Shown here: piece after piece, positions 1 to 11,940 of the stretch
Layout: each line of letters starts with the position of its first letter
How positions within the stretch are numbered: position 1 is the stretch's first letter
NCBI RefSeq assembly: GCF_001194135.2
Contig: NC_068982.1
Span: 17,243,342 to 17,282,673, forward strand
From: Octopus bimaculoides
Lineage: Eukaryota
Reading direction: 5' to 3'
DNA: 39,332 bases
Program-made: the position numbers and the translations under genes
Notes under the pieces: generated by a model
Databases searched by the model: none
Told to the model about the DNA's origin: nothing
Seen by the model: only the letters and a program-made list of their open reading frames with translations

Positions 1-50
<50 letters not shown>
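1..50. repeat. (TA)n microsatellite; similar runs flank the gaps at 1164, 9501, 17608 and 33674
   Basis: Direct sequence reading. Confidence 0.95.
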
Positions 51-279
51 ATGCACTTGTTTGGTGGTTTTGATCTTCGCCAAATCCTCACTTAGTGGTG
101 ATCTCGTATGGCATATTATCTATGGATACACACTCATGCTTTGAAAATATCAGATTTGTCTCCCAAGTTGTGTCATTGCCAAATTCTTTTCCCACTACCA
201 GTCCACCACTTTGTGATGTGATGTAGGGGAACTGGCCTCTCCCCCTTCAAAGAAACCTGACCAAACGGATTACGTATTT

Positions 280-328
280 TGTTTCCTTCTACTCTATCTT
301 CTAGCAAAATTAACTGATGAAGAAGAAT
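280..328 (+). other. Possible splice acceptor (ttccttctactctatcttctag, AG at 303-304) and 24-nt 5' UTR ahead of the FHIP2 ATG
   Basis: A pyrimidine tract ending in AG lies just upstream of the start codon. It would imply a non-coding exon upstream of the window; unproven without transcripts. Confidence 0.4.
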
Positions 329-373
329 ATGTTCTCCAAGTTTACCAATATCATCCAGCAGGCAGTCGACGCA
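329..373 (+). CDS. FHIP2: FHIP2/FAM160B-like protein, first coding exon (MFSKFTNIIQQAVDA)
   Basis: ATG at 329; 45 nt; phase-0 donor GCA|GTACGT at 374. The peptide matches the recalled human FHIP2A N-terminus MFSKFTSILQHAVEA and joins in frame to the exon at 20756. Confidence 0.9.
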
Positions 374-1107
374 GTACGTGAAGTTTATTTTTCTTTTCTT
401 TCTAATATTTACTACTAACTATTACATGCTTTCTTTCATTTCTTTTGTTAATTATACTTATTGCCCGTTAATTTGTAAAATTAAATCACCTTACGTGTTT
501 TCTATTGTAATTTTTTGAAAAAGAAAAATACGGTAAAGAAGAAAAATATTGTTGTTTTTAGTAAAAGTGTCCGTTACAAAGGAAACGGTTAATTGAATTA
601 ACAAACATTAATTAGCTCCAGCATTCGCCTCGTCATGGTCAACATCCCTTTTGCTCATTGTATTCAATGTCATCAAACGACTCAACGTGGTTGCTTGACC
701 TGCTAAAGGCAACAGCCAAATTTGATTTTAAATCATAATTTGAATATCTTGCAACAAAAAAAAGGGTCTGGGGAGGAAATCTACTTTCGATGGTGTAGTC
801 CCCACATGCGTCTAAAAATGCGGGATGGTCATATCTGGACGTCGGACTGAAAAAAACATCAACTTCACGCATCGTATATCAAGATCGCTGTCGTCATCAT
901 TGTGCCACCACTTCTTTGTTTAATTATTCTTTAATTCTTTACAAACAATAGAAAAATGAGGAGTGTTTTAATTAAATCTTAAGTATCGTTGTTTACAATT
1001 AACAAACATGATATTTTGAATATCTCGAGTGAACAAATTATACGAAAATTTGAGTCTGAAATAGCAGTTTATTCACATATTTATTTAAACTGATGTTTCA
1101 CCATCTT

Positions 1108-1163
<56 letters not shown>

Positions 1164-2826
1164 NNNNNNNNNNNNNNNNNNNNNNNNNNNNNNNNNNNNN
1201 NNNNNNNNNNNNNNNNNNNNNNNNNNNNNNNNNNNNNNNNNNNNNNNNNNNNNNNNNNNNNNNNNNNNNNNNNNNNNNNNNNNNNNNNNNNNNNNNNNNN
1301 NNNNNNNNNNNNNNNNNNNNNNNNNNNNNNNNNNNNNNNNNNNNNNNNNNNNNNNNNNNNNNNNNNNNNNNNNNNNNNNNNNNTATATATATATATATAT
1401 ATTATCATAGCATTTGGCAGAAACAGACGTTACTGATAGTTATTTTATGAATCTGTTTCCCACAAAATTAGGATGAAGTAATTGGGACTATCTTATTCAG
1501 AAATTCAATGTGTTCACGAATTCAAATCCCGACGTTATTCTTCAATCATGAACATGAAGTACCAGTTATATCTTGAGTCTGCTATTGCTTACTATCCCCA
1601 TTATTTAATAAACGGCAACAGACTTAGGTTTTTTGTTTAGAGAAATGATCATTATCAATGGTTTTTCTAATTGTAAACATTCACTCGCTTTCTATTGCGT
1701 GCGCGCGACTGAATACACATATGTGTGTATATGCAGAGAGAAAGAGAGAGGAGGGGTTGTGGTGGATAAACAAGGATTGATCAGCAAATATATGGTTTGC
1801 CTTATATTGTATTTCACTTATATTTGTGAAAAAAGTTCAGAAAAATCTACGGTGATATATATATATGTACATATATATATATATATGTCTGTGTGTGTGT
1901 GTGTTGTTGTTGACGTCACTGGCAGCCTTCAACTTTTCCTGTCCAAGTGTTTTTCAATCCAATATTTACATGCTTTTGTTTATAGCTTTATGGGTGTGCA
2001 CATGTATGCATGTAGGTATGGATGCATGCATGGAAGCGCGCATGCACGCATGTTTACTTACTTGCATAGAATACTGGAGTCATAAATTATGAAAGCAAGG
2101 TTAGTTACTGAAGTAGAGATAAACTCTGAATCCCTCAGTTTCAGTTACGCTTATAATAAAGCTTCATCACTTCAATAATATCTAGAAGAAACACGTGTCA
2201 CAGCATTTCATTTCTGTATATTTTTACCATTATTATTTGCTCGTCTTATAGCGCACTTTCGGAATAGCTGTCACTGCCCCACAGAGGAAAATAATAGTGC
2301 AAGGAATTTGGTGGTTGTCTCCTTACTCTCCTCTCCTTTGCTTTCTGATGCCTCTTATCATAATTATCACATATTCTAATGAATACATATGATTTGTCGG
2401 ACATATTTAGGTGCTTCGTGTTTTTTGTAGTGTCAGCTCTGGTTAAACAGACCGAGAAAAAGCTTTCCAACCATAACTATCCCGCCTTTTCATTTAGCTT
2501 TCGTTATAATGCATCAACGACTACGTTACTTGATGTGCTCTCTCTAAATTTATTCAAGACAGTAAAGTGTTATTTTGATGCAGTTAGGTTTTAATTTTAC
2601 CAAGTCAAGCAACCAAAGCTTTGTTTTAGGAAGTTTATATCATAACTGATAAAAAATATTATGAAAACAAACTCTACGTTCAGCAAATTTCCGGCATTAT
2701 TTTTAGCATCGCATTATAACGTTTTATAATGGAGCATTTAAAACAGCTGTTTTGTTGCCTGTTTCTTTGTTCCAAAGCAGGAACAAATAGGCATTTATAA
2801 GTCTGTCCCCACTATATATTTTTTCT

Positions 2827-2999
2827 CCATGATAGATCGCTAGCCACTACACATTCTTTTTTTTCTCTCCTTGTTTCTTTCTGTGGAAGAGCGTAGGCTC
2901 GAAACGTTAAAGACTTTTTCACTTCCCGAGCGTTAAACTAATACATCTGTTTGTTGTCTACACCACCTGTCTTCGTCTTTTTTTTTGTAAATTCTCCCC
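2827..2999 (+). mobile_element. Penelope-like element terminal-repeat fragment carrying a hammerhead-like motif
   Basis: Near-identical to the reverse complement of 31903-32090; contains GAAGAGCGTAGGCTCGAAACGTT. The Penelope assignment rests on the hammerhead-like architecture only. Confidence 0.5.
2876..2913 (+). ncRNA. Minimal type-I hammerhead-ribozyme-like motif (atypical core)
   Basis: UCUUU-CUGUGGA-A-GAGC(GUAG)GCUC-GAA-ACGU-U-AAAGA: helix I UCUUU/AAAGA, 4-bp stem II, GAAA, palindromic helix III. The core has U at A6. Confidence 0.4.
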
Positions 3000-4263
3000 N
3001 NNNNNNNNNNNNNNNNNNNNNNNNNNNNNNNNNNNNNNNNNNNNNNNNNNNNNNNNNNNNNNNNNNNNNNNNNNNNNNNNNNNNNNNNNNNNNNNNNNNN
3101 NNNNNNNNNNNNNNNNNNNNNNNNNNNNNNNNNNNNNNNNNNNNNNNNNNNNNNNNNNNNNNNNNNNNNNNNNNNNNNNNNNNNNNNNNNNNNNNNNNNN
3201 NNNNNNNNNNNNNNNNNNNNNNNNNNNNNNNNNNNNNNNNNNNNNNNNNNNNNNNNNNNNNNNNNNNNNNNNNNNNNNNNNNNNNNNNNNNNNNNNNNNN
3301 NNNNNNNNNNNNNNNNNNNNNNNNNNNNNNNNNNNNNNNNNNNNNNNNNNNNNNNNNNNNNNNNNNNNNNNNNNNNNNNNNNNNNNNNNNNNNNNNNNNN
3401 NNNNNNNNNNNNNNNNNNNNNNNNNNNNNNNNNNNNNNNNNNNNNNNNNNNNNNNNNNNNNNNNNNNNNNNNNNNNNNNNNNNNNNNNNNNNNNNNNNNN
3501 NNNNNNNNNNNNNNNNNNNNNNNNNNNNNNNNNNNNNNNNNNNNNNNNNNNNNNNNNNNNNNNNNNNNNNNNNNNNNNNNNNNNNNNNNNNNNNNNNNNN
3601 NNNNNNNNNNNNNNNNNNNNNNNNNNNNNNNNNNNNNNNNNNNNNNNNNNNNNNNNNNNNNNNNNNNNNTTTTTTTTTTTTTTTTTTTTTTTTTTGGCTT
3701 GTTCATGATTGGATTTATTTAAGGTGTCTGCTTGTTGTATGTTACACGTCTGCCCGCCATTCGAATTAAACAGCTGAACGTTATGGATCACGTGCAATTG
3801 CGGTTTCACTTGGATAAATGTAGCGTGACAATGGCGTCGCCGGTTACTAACAAACTTCCATTCTATGACCCAGATATGACAGGCTTGGCTCCAATGTTTT
3901 TCTTTTCTTGTTTGTTTCCCCGGACACTAATGATTAAGGGGAAAAATAAATTGAAATCATGTTCTTATCTAAAGTGAATCTCCTAGATCTTGAAACAACG
4001 AATTTTTGCAGTATATAAATAAGATCTGTGATATTGTTGTCGGTTTATCTCCAAAATAAGATTGATAGTTAGTGAAAGGGTCAAATTCTTGTCGTAACAT
4101 GAAAAAACCTGATTGAGTCTATTCGAGGTTATTCTCAGATTACATCATTCATCTTGTTTTTTTTTTTTTCGAATTTGGTGAGATTGGAAACGAAATACAG
4201 CGCAGAGAATAGCATTCAAAGGAGAGTCGTAGAAGCATGCTCTCATCCGAGTTTATCTTCAAA

Positions 4264-4470
4264 TCACCATCATCGTTTTAACGTCCAACGTTCTTTATTT
4301 GCACGAGTCAGACGGAATTTGTTGAGGTAGATTTTCTAAGGCCAGATGCCTTTACTGTCACCAACCTTTACCTGTTTCAAAGCAAGGTAATATGTAGCCA
4401 TAACTGGAGATTGGAAACGAAGGCTACTGCTTGTATGACAGTTATACACAACTGCCGTTCAGTGTTGGGG
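4264..4470 (-). mobile_element. SINE family F with RTE-type 3' tail, degraded
   Basis: Homologous to 6685-6910 and to the reverse complement of 12298-12529; begins with the (CAT)n-CGTTTTAACGTCC tail. Confidence 0.7.
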
Positions 4471-4479
4471 CACACAAAC

Positions 4480-4655
4480 ACATACATAGGACAGACTTCT
4501 TTCATTTTCTGTTCATAAAAATCCACTCACAAGGCTTTGGTTGGTCTATGCTACAGTAGAAGACGCTTGTCCAAGGTGCTGTACTGTGCAATTGAACCCA
4601 GAATCATAGAGTTGGGAAGCAAACTCCTCAACAACCACACTGTCATGCATGCACC
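4480..4655 (-). mobile_element. tRNA-derived SINE family C, degraded 5' part
   Basis: Reverse complement matches 28114-28280 (aaatccactcacaaggctttggttgg...cttgtccaaggtg). Confidence 0.75.
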
Positions 4656-5361
4656 TGTATATTTGGGTCACATACCTTACTCAGGAAAGGTTCTTTGTCT
4701 GCTTTTGGTGGGCAGACAAATACGACCACTAATAATAACACCTTGTGAAACTAGCTTCAGTTAGACATTGATTCAGAAAAAAAGATCAACTGCAACAAGC
4801 TAGATCTATATTTCAAACAGGAAACAATACAGCTGTAATTATTAAGGGTGAACAGGGCATATCAGTTCATGCATATCAAATAAAAAGTAGTACAAATACA
4901 GAATCAGTCCTTTAGGCTTTAAATGATATCAGAGACTCCATTAAAAAGAATATCATTTAACAAGTGATAAAAGAATATAAGTAACAAATTCTGTTTGATA
5001 CAGCTCTCAAACATTGAAAAGAATTGAACCAATTTGTTTCCAGGAAATTTGATAGCATTGTTTTGCTAATATTATTAAATGTGTGTTGTATGCTTACACA
5101 TGACTGTGTCTATTTAAGATGGCTACTGCTTCAATATAACAGCTTGGCCATTTTGTTGAATAGAAATTCTGACTATAAATGAATCACAAGCAACTGTGAG
5201 ATTGTAATTTGACTAAACACTGTATGTGTAGTTGTATATACATAATTCCAGCAGTTAAAATACAGAATAATTTCATATTTAATCCAAGAATTAATTTTAA
5301 TCATTCAGTGATCATTATGTTAATATCATCATCATTTAACATCTGTTTTCCATGCTCCATC

Positions 5362-5554
5362 TCATCATCATCATCATCGTCATCGTCGTTTAACGTCCGC
5401 TTTCCATGCTAGCATGGGTTGTACGATTTGACTGGGGACTGGTGAAACCAGATGGCTACACCAGGCTCCAATGTGATTTGGCAGAGTTTCTACAGCTGGA
5501 TGCCCTTCCTAATGCCAACCACTCCGAGAGTGTAGTGGGTGCTTTTACGTGCCA
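5362..5554 (-). mobile_element. RTE LINE 3' UTR fragment (family A)
   Basis: (CAT)n-CGTTTAACGTCCGCTTTCCATGCTAGCATGGGTTG...GGATGCCCTTCCTAATGCCAACC; same sequence as the 3' end of the RTE copy at 18249-18475. Confidence 0.85.
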
Positions 5555-6647
5555 TATGAGATGGAGATTTAGCTGCTATTTCTAGAGCTGGTTGAGCAAC
5601 CATGCAGAAACTTCCTCATTGACTTGTGTGAGGTGTCATTAAGCTGTAGGTCAATTCTGATTGAGCAGAGACCTATAATCAAAGGTATATCTACCTTGAC
5701 TGTCCCACATTTTTCTTCAAGAGATAAGTATCCAGACTTACATTATGCAACGTGTCCTCTTCTAAGATTTTTTAGTGAGATTTACCTGCTGTTTATTACG
5801 AGTCAAGCAACAGCATCAAAGCTTTCATCTAACAGATCAGCCTGTCACTGCACTTTCAGGACCTCATGACATATGCCTGTGAACTTATGTGGGACACAGG
5901 ACTATGTACTGCCTCAGAGTTGGCATACACAGTGCCATCTCACACAGCCTGGAGAGAAATTTGCTCTTATATTGGAGTTGATGCCTATGAGTTATGTGGC
6001 ACAGAGTAAAAAGAAGGGGCTTGTTTGTTGGCATGACTCTCACAGTGTTCTTGCTTGGCAGAATCGGTCATAGAGTTCCATAATTTTTTTTTTTTTTTTT
6101 TGCCATGTTGGTGATGATATGTAAACATTTGGCCAGTAAACCAATTCCATGGCAACTTGGTCAGCTGTGAGGTTCAACAGAAGAACTGAAAGTGGAAAAG
6201 TAGTATGTTAGTTAATATGTGTTTAACTCATTTGTTAAATTTTATTGTGTCTGGGGAGAGTCATTCTCTTTCAGTGCCTTATTAATTTAACACACTCACC
6301 AGTCTGATTTCCACTCATTTACTTATTCATTTTTACCAAAATTTTTGTTGGGTCTTGCATTCTTTCCAATAATCGTTGNNNNNNNNNNNNNNNNNNNNNN
6401 NNNNNNNNNNNNNNNNNNNNNNNNNNNNNNNNNNNNNNNNNNNNNNNNNNNNNNNNNNNNNNNNNNNNNNNNNNNNNNNNNNNNNNNNNNNNNNNNNNNN
6501 NNNNNNNNNNNNNNNNNNNNNNNNNNNNNNNNNNNNNNNNNNNNNNNNNNNNNNNNNNNCTTACAGTTGAAGAAGTCTCAATGACTGAAACCGGTACTGA
6601 AATGTTTTTCATAAAATTATTTTAGCATTTTCTACTTTGACTTTTTT

Positions 6648-6684
<37 letters not shown>

Positions 6685-6686
<2 letters not shown>

Positions 6687-6910
6687 CATTTTAATATCTA
6701 CACTTCCATACTTGCATGGGTTGGACGGTGTTTATTGAGGCAGATTTTCTATGGCCAGATGCCTTTCCTGTTGCGAACTCACACCTGTTCCCAAACAAGG
6801 TATTATTTCCTTAGAGCCAGATATGTTTTTGCAGAAGATTGGAAGAGAATGACACTGACCGTATGACAGTGACAATCATTTACACCTATCACACAGTGTC
6901 AAGACAAGGA
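6685..6910 (-). mobile_element. SINE family F, degraded
   Basis: Homologous to 4264-4470 and 12298-12529 (gaggcagattttctatggccagatgcc...caaacaaggta). Confidence 0.7.
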
Positions 6911-7774
6911 TACGCAAACATGCAAGGACTCACACTCATACACATACATCTGATATGCTTCTTTTGGGTTTTTGTCTACTTTGATCAGATTGGGGCTGTC
7001 GTCAAAAAACACTTGCTCAAGTTATCATGTTGTGCACTGCACCTAGAACAATGTGGTTGGGAAGCAAACTTATTAACAGCCATGCCTGCACCTATATATA
7101 TATATCTCTGTGTGTGTGTGATAATTGTGTCATGTTTGATTATTGTACCATGCAATATTGACCTAAGTACATCTGTTGCATGCAATCCTAGACATTCAGA
7201 AGCTTTTTTTTCAACAGTCTAGCTGTTACATTGAACTTGTGTCTACCTTAAATAACTCCAGCCACATACAGCGCACAAACCAAACATGGTAATATTAGCA
7301 TAACAATGATAGTCCATCTCTTCAGGAAACAAATTGGATTAATACCTGTCAATATTTAAGAACTGTGTCTATCACAATGTGTTATGTTTATTTCTGTATC
7401 GGTTGTCAAATCACAATCTTTAATAATAGAGTCTGTAATGTAATCCGAAGCTGGAGGAACTAGTTGTGTGTACCTTGTTTATTTGATCGGCAAGAGCTAA
7501 TATTACCCTATTCACCTTTAATAATCACAATTTTATTATATTTGCTGGTGATATATATGTAACCTATTGCAGATCATCATTTCTTCTCTGATATCAAACT
7601 GGAGATGGACTAAGAACTTTTCCTGTGAAAGATATTGTTTGTTAATTTAAAAAGCTTGTAGTTCAATTATGCCTAAATACAACCTTTGCTTGGTAAATAT
7701 GCTTTTAAACTTTTTTGTTACCGTTACATGTCTAGAAATAAGAACTGACCCAGACTTTCATAATTTGTTTAACA

Positions 7775-7949
7775 TGGCACGTAAAAGCACCCACTACACT
7801 CTCGGTGTGGTTGGCATTAGGGCATCCAGCTATAGAAACTCTGCCAAATCAGATTGAAGCCTGGTGTAGCCATCTGGTTCACCAGTCCTCAGTCAAATCG
7901 TCCAACCCATGCTAGCATGGAAAGCGGATGTTAAACGATGAGAATGATG
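7775..7949 (+). mobile_element. RTE LINE 3' UTR fragment (family A)
   Basis: TGGCACGTAAAAGCACCCACTACACTCTC...AAAGCGGATGTTAAACGATGA; reverse complement of the other family A copies. Confidence 0.85.
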
Positions 7950-8239
7950 TTTTTAAGATAGTAAAGGGTGTGTTCTGAAAGAGATCTTCTGCTATTTTCA
8001 GCTGTAGTGGATGTAATTTAGTTTGTTACTATCAGTACTATATGTAAACAAAAATCATCATAAGCTTTAAGTTAATTTGAAATAATTATGTAATGAAAGC
8101 TATTGCTGGTGGTACAGCAACAACAAATTATTCTTCATATAAAGCACACAGCTGAACAGCTTTCATTTTTAGGTCATGAATTCTTGTTTTTTTTGTTTTG
8201 TTTTTTATTTTATTTTTCTTAGTTTTACTTCGTTTATTT

Positions 8240-8622
8240 GGAGGCGCAATGGCCCAGTGGTTAGGGCAGTGGACTCGCGGTCGTAGGATTGCGGTTTCAA
8301 TTCCCAGACCAGGCGTTGTGAGTGTTTATTGAGCGAAAACACCTAAAGCTCCACGAGGCTCCAGCAGAGGATGGTGGCAAACCCTGCTGTACTCTTTCAC
8401 CACAACTTTCTCTCACTCTTACTTCCTGTTTCTGTTGTACCTGTAATTCAAAGGGTCAGCCTTGTCACACTGTGTCACGCTGAATATCCCCGAAAACTAC
8501 GTTAAGGGTACACGTGTCTGTGGAGTGCTCAGCCACTTGCACGTTAATTTCACAAGCAGGCTGTTCCGTTTATCGGATCAACTGGAACCCTTGTCGTCAT
8601 AAGCGATGGAGTGCCAACAACA
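8240..8622 (+). mobile_element. Full-length tRNA-derived SINE family D with (CAA)n tail
   Basis: A-box-like TGGCCCAGTGG and B-box-like GGTTTCAATTCCC; (CAA)n tail; approximate TSD acttcgtttat (8227) / acttcttttat (8623). An inverted copy lies at 19674-20061. Confidence 0.85.
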
Positions 8623-9295
8623 ACTTCTTTTATAAAACTTTTAAAATGTGAAGATATTCTGAATTGCTCTATTGCTTTCTAGCATTAAGCAAAAGGCCAC
8701 CACACATTTTAGGAGTGGGTATGCTCAATAAAATCTTGATCTGGCACTTTTTATAGCTTTACAAGGAAGGAAGCTAAGTGGGATTTGAACTCATTATGTA
8801 GAAGGTTGTAACTAAATACCACAAAACATTTTGTCTACTGCTCTAATAACTCTGCCCAGCCGTCAATGACCAGTTCTTTCATAATAGTACATGCTATTTC
8901 TTGAATTCTGTTATTGGCTTCACTCATTGGGCTGTGGTTTTGCTTGGACATCACCTTCAAGGATTTTTAATGGATTATTTCAACCCCAGATTTTTTTTTT
9001 TAGTACTTATAAACAACCACTTTAAAATTAAAGCAATTTTAAATAAGACATTAAATGAAATTAAAATTATTTTAAAGAGAGAATTTATTCATATAATAAT
9101 TTATAATTTTGAAAATAGTGATTACCATTTTGTAGAACTTCAAAATTTTGTGAAACTTCAGAATTTTTTCCAGGGCACCTCCAGAGCTAAGTTTGTACAA
9201 AACCTTGGTTTAGTGCATATATGTCCTTTATAAAGTACTAGTAAGTATTTATGTCTAAAGTAGGGCAACAACTCTAGATGTATAAGCTGTACTTT

Positions 9296-9453
9296 AGAGT
9301 GGCTGTGTGGTAAGTAGCTTGCTTACCAACCACATGGTTCTGGGTTCAGTTCCCCTGCGTGGCACTTTGGGCAAGTGTCTTCTACTATAGACTCGGGCCG
9401 ACCAAAGCTTTGTGAGTGGATTTGGTAGACAGAAACTGAAAGAAGCCCATCAT
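9296..9453 (+). mobile_element. tRNA-derived SINE family C, 5' part
   Basis: GAGTGGCTGTGTGGTAAGTAGCTTGC...GGGTTCAGTTCCC...TTGGGCAAGTGTCTT; matches 28114-28280 and runs into (TA)n and a gap. Confidence 0.85.
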
Positions 9454-9461
9454 GTATATAT

Positions 9462-9500
<39 letters not shown>

Positions 9501-9904
9501 NNNNNNNNNNNNNNNNNNNNNNNNNNNNNNNNNNNNNNNNNNNNNNNNNNNNNNNNNNNNNNNNNNNNNNNNNNNNNNNNNNNNNNNNNNNNNNNNNNNN
9601 NNNNNNNNNNNNNNNNNNNNNNNNNNNNNNNNNNNNNNNNNNNNNNNNNNNNNNNNNNNNNNNNNNNNNNNNNNNNNNNNNNNNNNNNNNNNNNNNNNNN
9701 NNNNNNNNNNNNNNNNNNNNNNNNNNNNNNNNNNNNNNNNNNNNNNNNNNNNNNNNNNNNNNNNNNNNNNNNNNNNNNNNNNNNNNNNNNNNNNNNNNNN
9801 NNNNNNNNNNNNNNNNNNNNNNNNNNNNNNNNNNNNNNNNNNNNNNNNNNNNNNNNNNNNNNNNNNNNNNNNNNNNNNNNNNNNNNNNNNNNNNNNNNNN
9901 NNNN

Positions 9905-10219
9905 CAGGGGTTTTCAAACTTTTTGACTTGCGGACCCCTTTATATTTCAGGCTTTACTTTAGGGACCCCCTTATAAACGCTTATGAAATTTATACATAAA
10001 TATTTGCTTAAAATAACATATATCTTTACATTTATTTAACAGTATTTAACAAATAGGTTAATTGTCAATTAAAAGATTTCGATTAAAAAACATATATAAA
10101 ATCAAATTGCCCATAAAAAGTATTTGCTGTCCACGGACCCCCTGTCTTGTCCTTGCGGACCCCCTGTCTTGTCCTTGCGGACCCCCTGTGGTTCAAGGAC
10201 CACAGTTTGAAAACCCCTG
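9905..10219. mobile_element. hAT (Charlie-like) MITE
   Basis: Perfect 16-bp TIRs CAGGGGTTTTCAAACT / AGTTTGAAAACCCCTG. The right flank CTCTAGGT fits the NTCTAGAN-type hAT target; the left TSD is lost in the gap. Internal 22-bp tandem repeat at 10135-10189. Confidence 0.85.
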
Positions 10220-10644
10220 CTCTAGGTCACTGTTTATGGTAGTAGTGTTTGAACTGTATTCAGTTGTTATTACCATTAAATCAGAATGTATTCTTTTAAA
10301 TATATTCAACATTGGTGGCAGCTGGTTAACTTTTCGAATTTGTTTTGTTAAGTTTGTTTTCTTTCAGTATTGAATATTTGATTTAGCATTATAAACTGCT
10401 CAAATTGCATTACATTAAGTGTAAACATGAATTTTTCATCCTAAAGTGTGTGTATTTTACTAACAAGAGAAGCTAGGATTTGTCTTTCTCCAAAAATCAG
10501 CTTGCAATCCATTGAAGTGTGTGTGTGTATGTGTAACATCAGTACATCAGTACCTAACTAAATTATCTAAATTCATGGCATTGTCCCACTTGAGTTATTG
10601 TGTATATATATATATATATATATGTGTATGTATGTGTGTATATA

Positions 10645-11035
10645 TGAGGCCTCTGCCAGGGGTGTAACCAGCTCACTTATGCGTACCTTTCCTTCATTGG
10701 ACACTAAACTCTGCTTGCGAAGACCTGTTGAGGCAAGTGAAATCAAACTAAATTCGACGACTGGCACCCATGCCAACCTCTCCTTCATTGGACACTAAAC
10801 TTGGCTTGCAAAGNNNNNNNNNNGCACCCATGCCAACCTCTCCTTCATTGGACACTAAACTTGGCTTGCAAAGACCTGTTGAAGCAAGTGAAATCGAAAT
10901 CGTGATTGAACCAAATTCGATGACTGGCACCTGTGCCAGTGGAGCGCTAAGAGCACCATCCGAGCGTGATCATTACCAGAGCAGCTGTCTGGGTTCCATG
11001 CCAGTGGCACGTAAATAGCACCATTTGAGTGTGAT
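10645..11035 (+). mobile_element. Upstream part of the RTE family A 3' UTR (internally repetitive)
   Basis: Shares ccttcattggacac-aaact-gcttgc-aagac and aattcga-gactggcacccatgcc with the reverse complement of 11830-11940. Confidence 0.7.
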
Positions 11036-11379
11036 CAAATTTACATAATTCAGTTAGATGCTGATGTATTGCATGCCACACACACACACACCTCACTAGA
11101 TTGCAAACTGGCTCTTGGAGAAAAAAGACAAAACCCTGGCTTCTATTAGTAAAATCTCAGAGAAAAAGAAAGAAGAGAATTTCATGAAATTCAGAAATAA
11201 TTTAACAGAAAATTGAATTTTCATACCTAATAGAAAAATTTGATCTTTATTAACAGGTGAATGATAAATATGATATATGCATCTTGTTACATTGCAAATC
11301 TGTTTTGATGAGTAATGTACTTACAAGTAGAAAAATAGTTATAAAGAGAAGTCATTTTGTATAGTGGAACTTGGACTAG

Positions 11380-11940
11380 ATCATCATCATCACCGTTTAA
11401 CGTCCGCTTTCCATGCCAGCATGGGTTGGACGATTTGACTGAGGAATGGTGAACCAGATGGCTGCACCAGGCTCCAATCTGATTTGACAGAGTTTCTACA
11501 GCTGGATGCCCTTCCTAATGCCAACCACTCCGAGAGTGTAGCGGGTGCTTTTATGTGCCACCGACACGAAGGCCAGACAGGTGGTACTAGCAACGGCCAC
11601 GCTCAAAATGGTGTATTTTATGTGCCACCCGCACAAGAGCCAGTCCAGGGGTACTGGCAACGATCTCGCTCGAAAGTCCTTACACATGCCACNNNNNNNN
11701 NNTGTATTTTATGTGCCACCCGCACAAGAGCCAGTCCAGGGGTACTGGCAACGATCTCGCTCGAAAGTCCTTACACATGCCACGGGCACAAGTGCCAGAA
11801 AGGCAACGCTGGGCACAAGTGCCAACACGATTTCGCTTTCGCTTGCCCTAATAAGTCTTCGCAAGCTGAGTTTCGTGTCCAATGAAGGAGACGAAGTTGG
11901 CATGGGTGCCAGTCATCGAATTTAATTCGGCTTCGATTTC
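11380..11940 (-). mobile_element. Long RTE LINE 3' UTR fragment (family A)
   Basis: (CAT)n tail at 11380 followed by the full family A 3' sequence; includes an 81-bp duplication across a 10-N gap. Confidence 0.85.

Noticed and set aside
380-1090. Possible old DNA-transposon remnant at the start of intron 1
   Set aside because: It seems familiar as an octopus repeat, but I could not identify TIRs, a TSD or a transposase motif.
1911-1918. Perfect CRE palindrome TGACGTCA in intron 1
   Set aside because: A single 8-mer in 39 kb has no statistical weight without chromatin or conservation data.
8240-8320. tRNA-like heads here and at 9296, 25049, 28114 and 36287
   Set aside because: They are SINE Pol III promoters continuing into repeat bodies, not complete cloverleaf tRNA genes.
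10765-10873. About 50-bp direct repeat on both sides of a 10-N gap
   Set aside because: Exact duplication flanking a minimal gap is typical of unmerged overlapping contig ends; probably an assembly artefact.
11612-11783. 81-bp direct repeat on both sides of a 10-N gap (CRISPR-like or tandem appearance)
   Set aside because: Same artefact pattern inside an RTE 3' UTR; no spacers or cas genes, and the context is eukaryotic.
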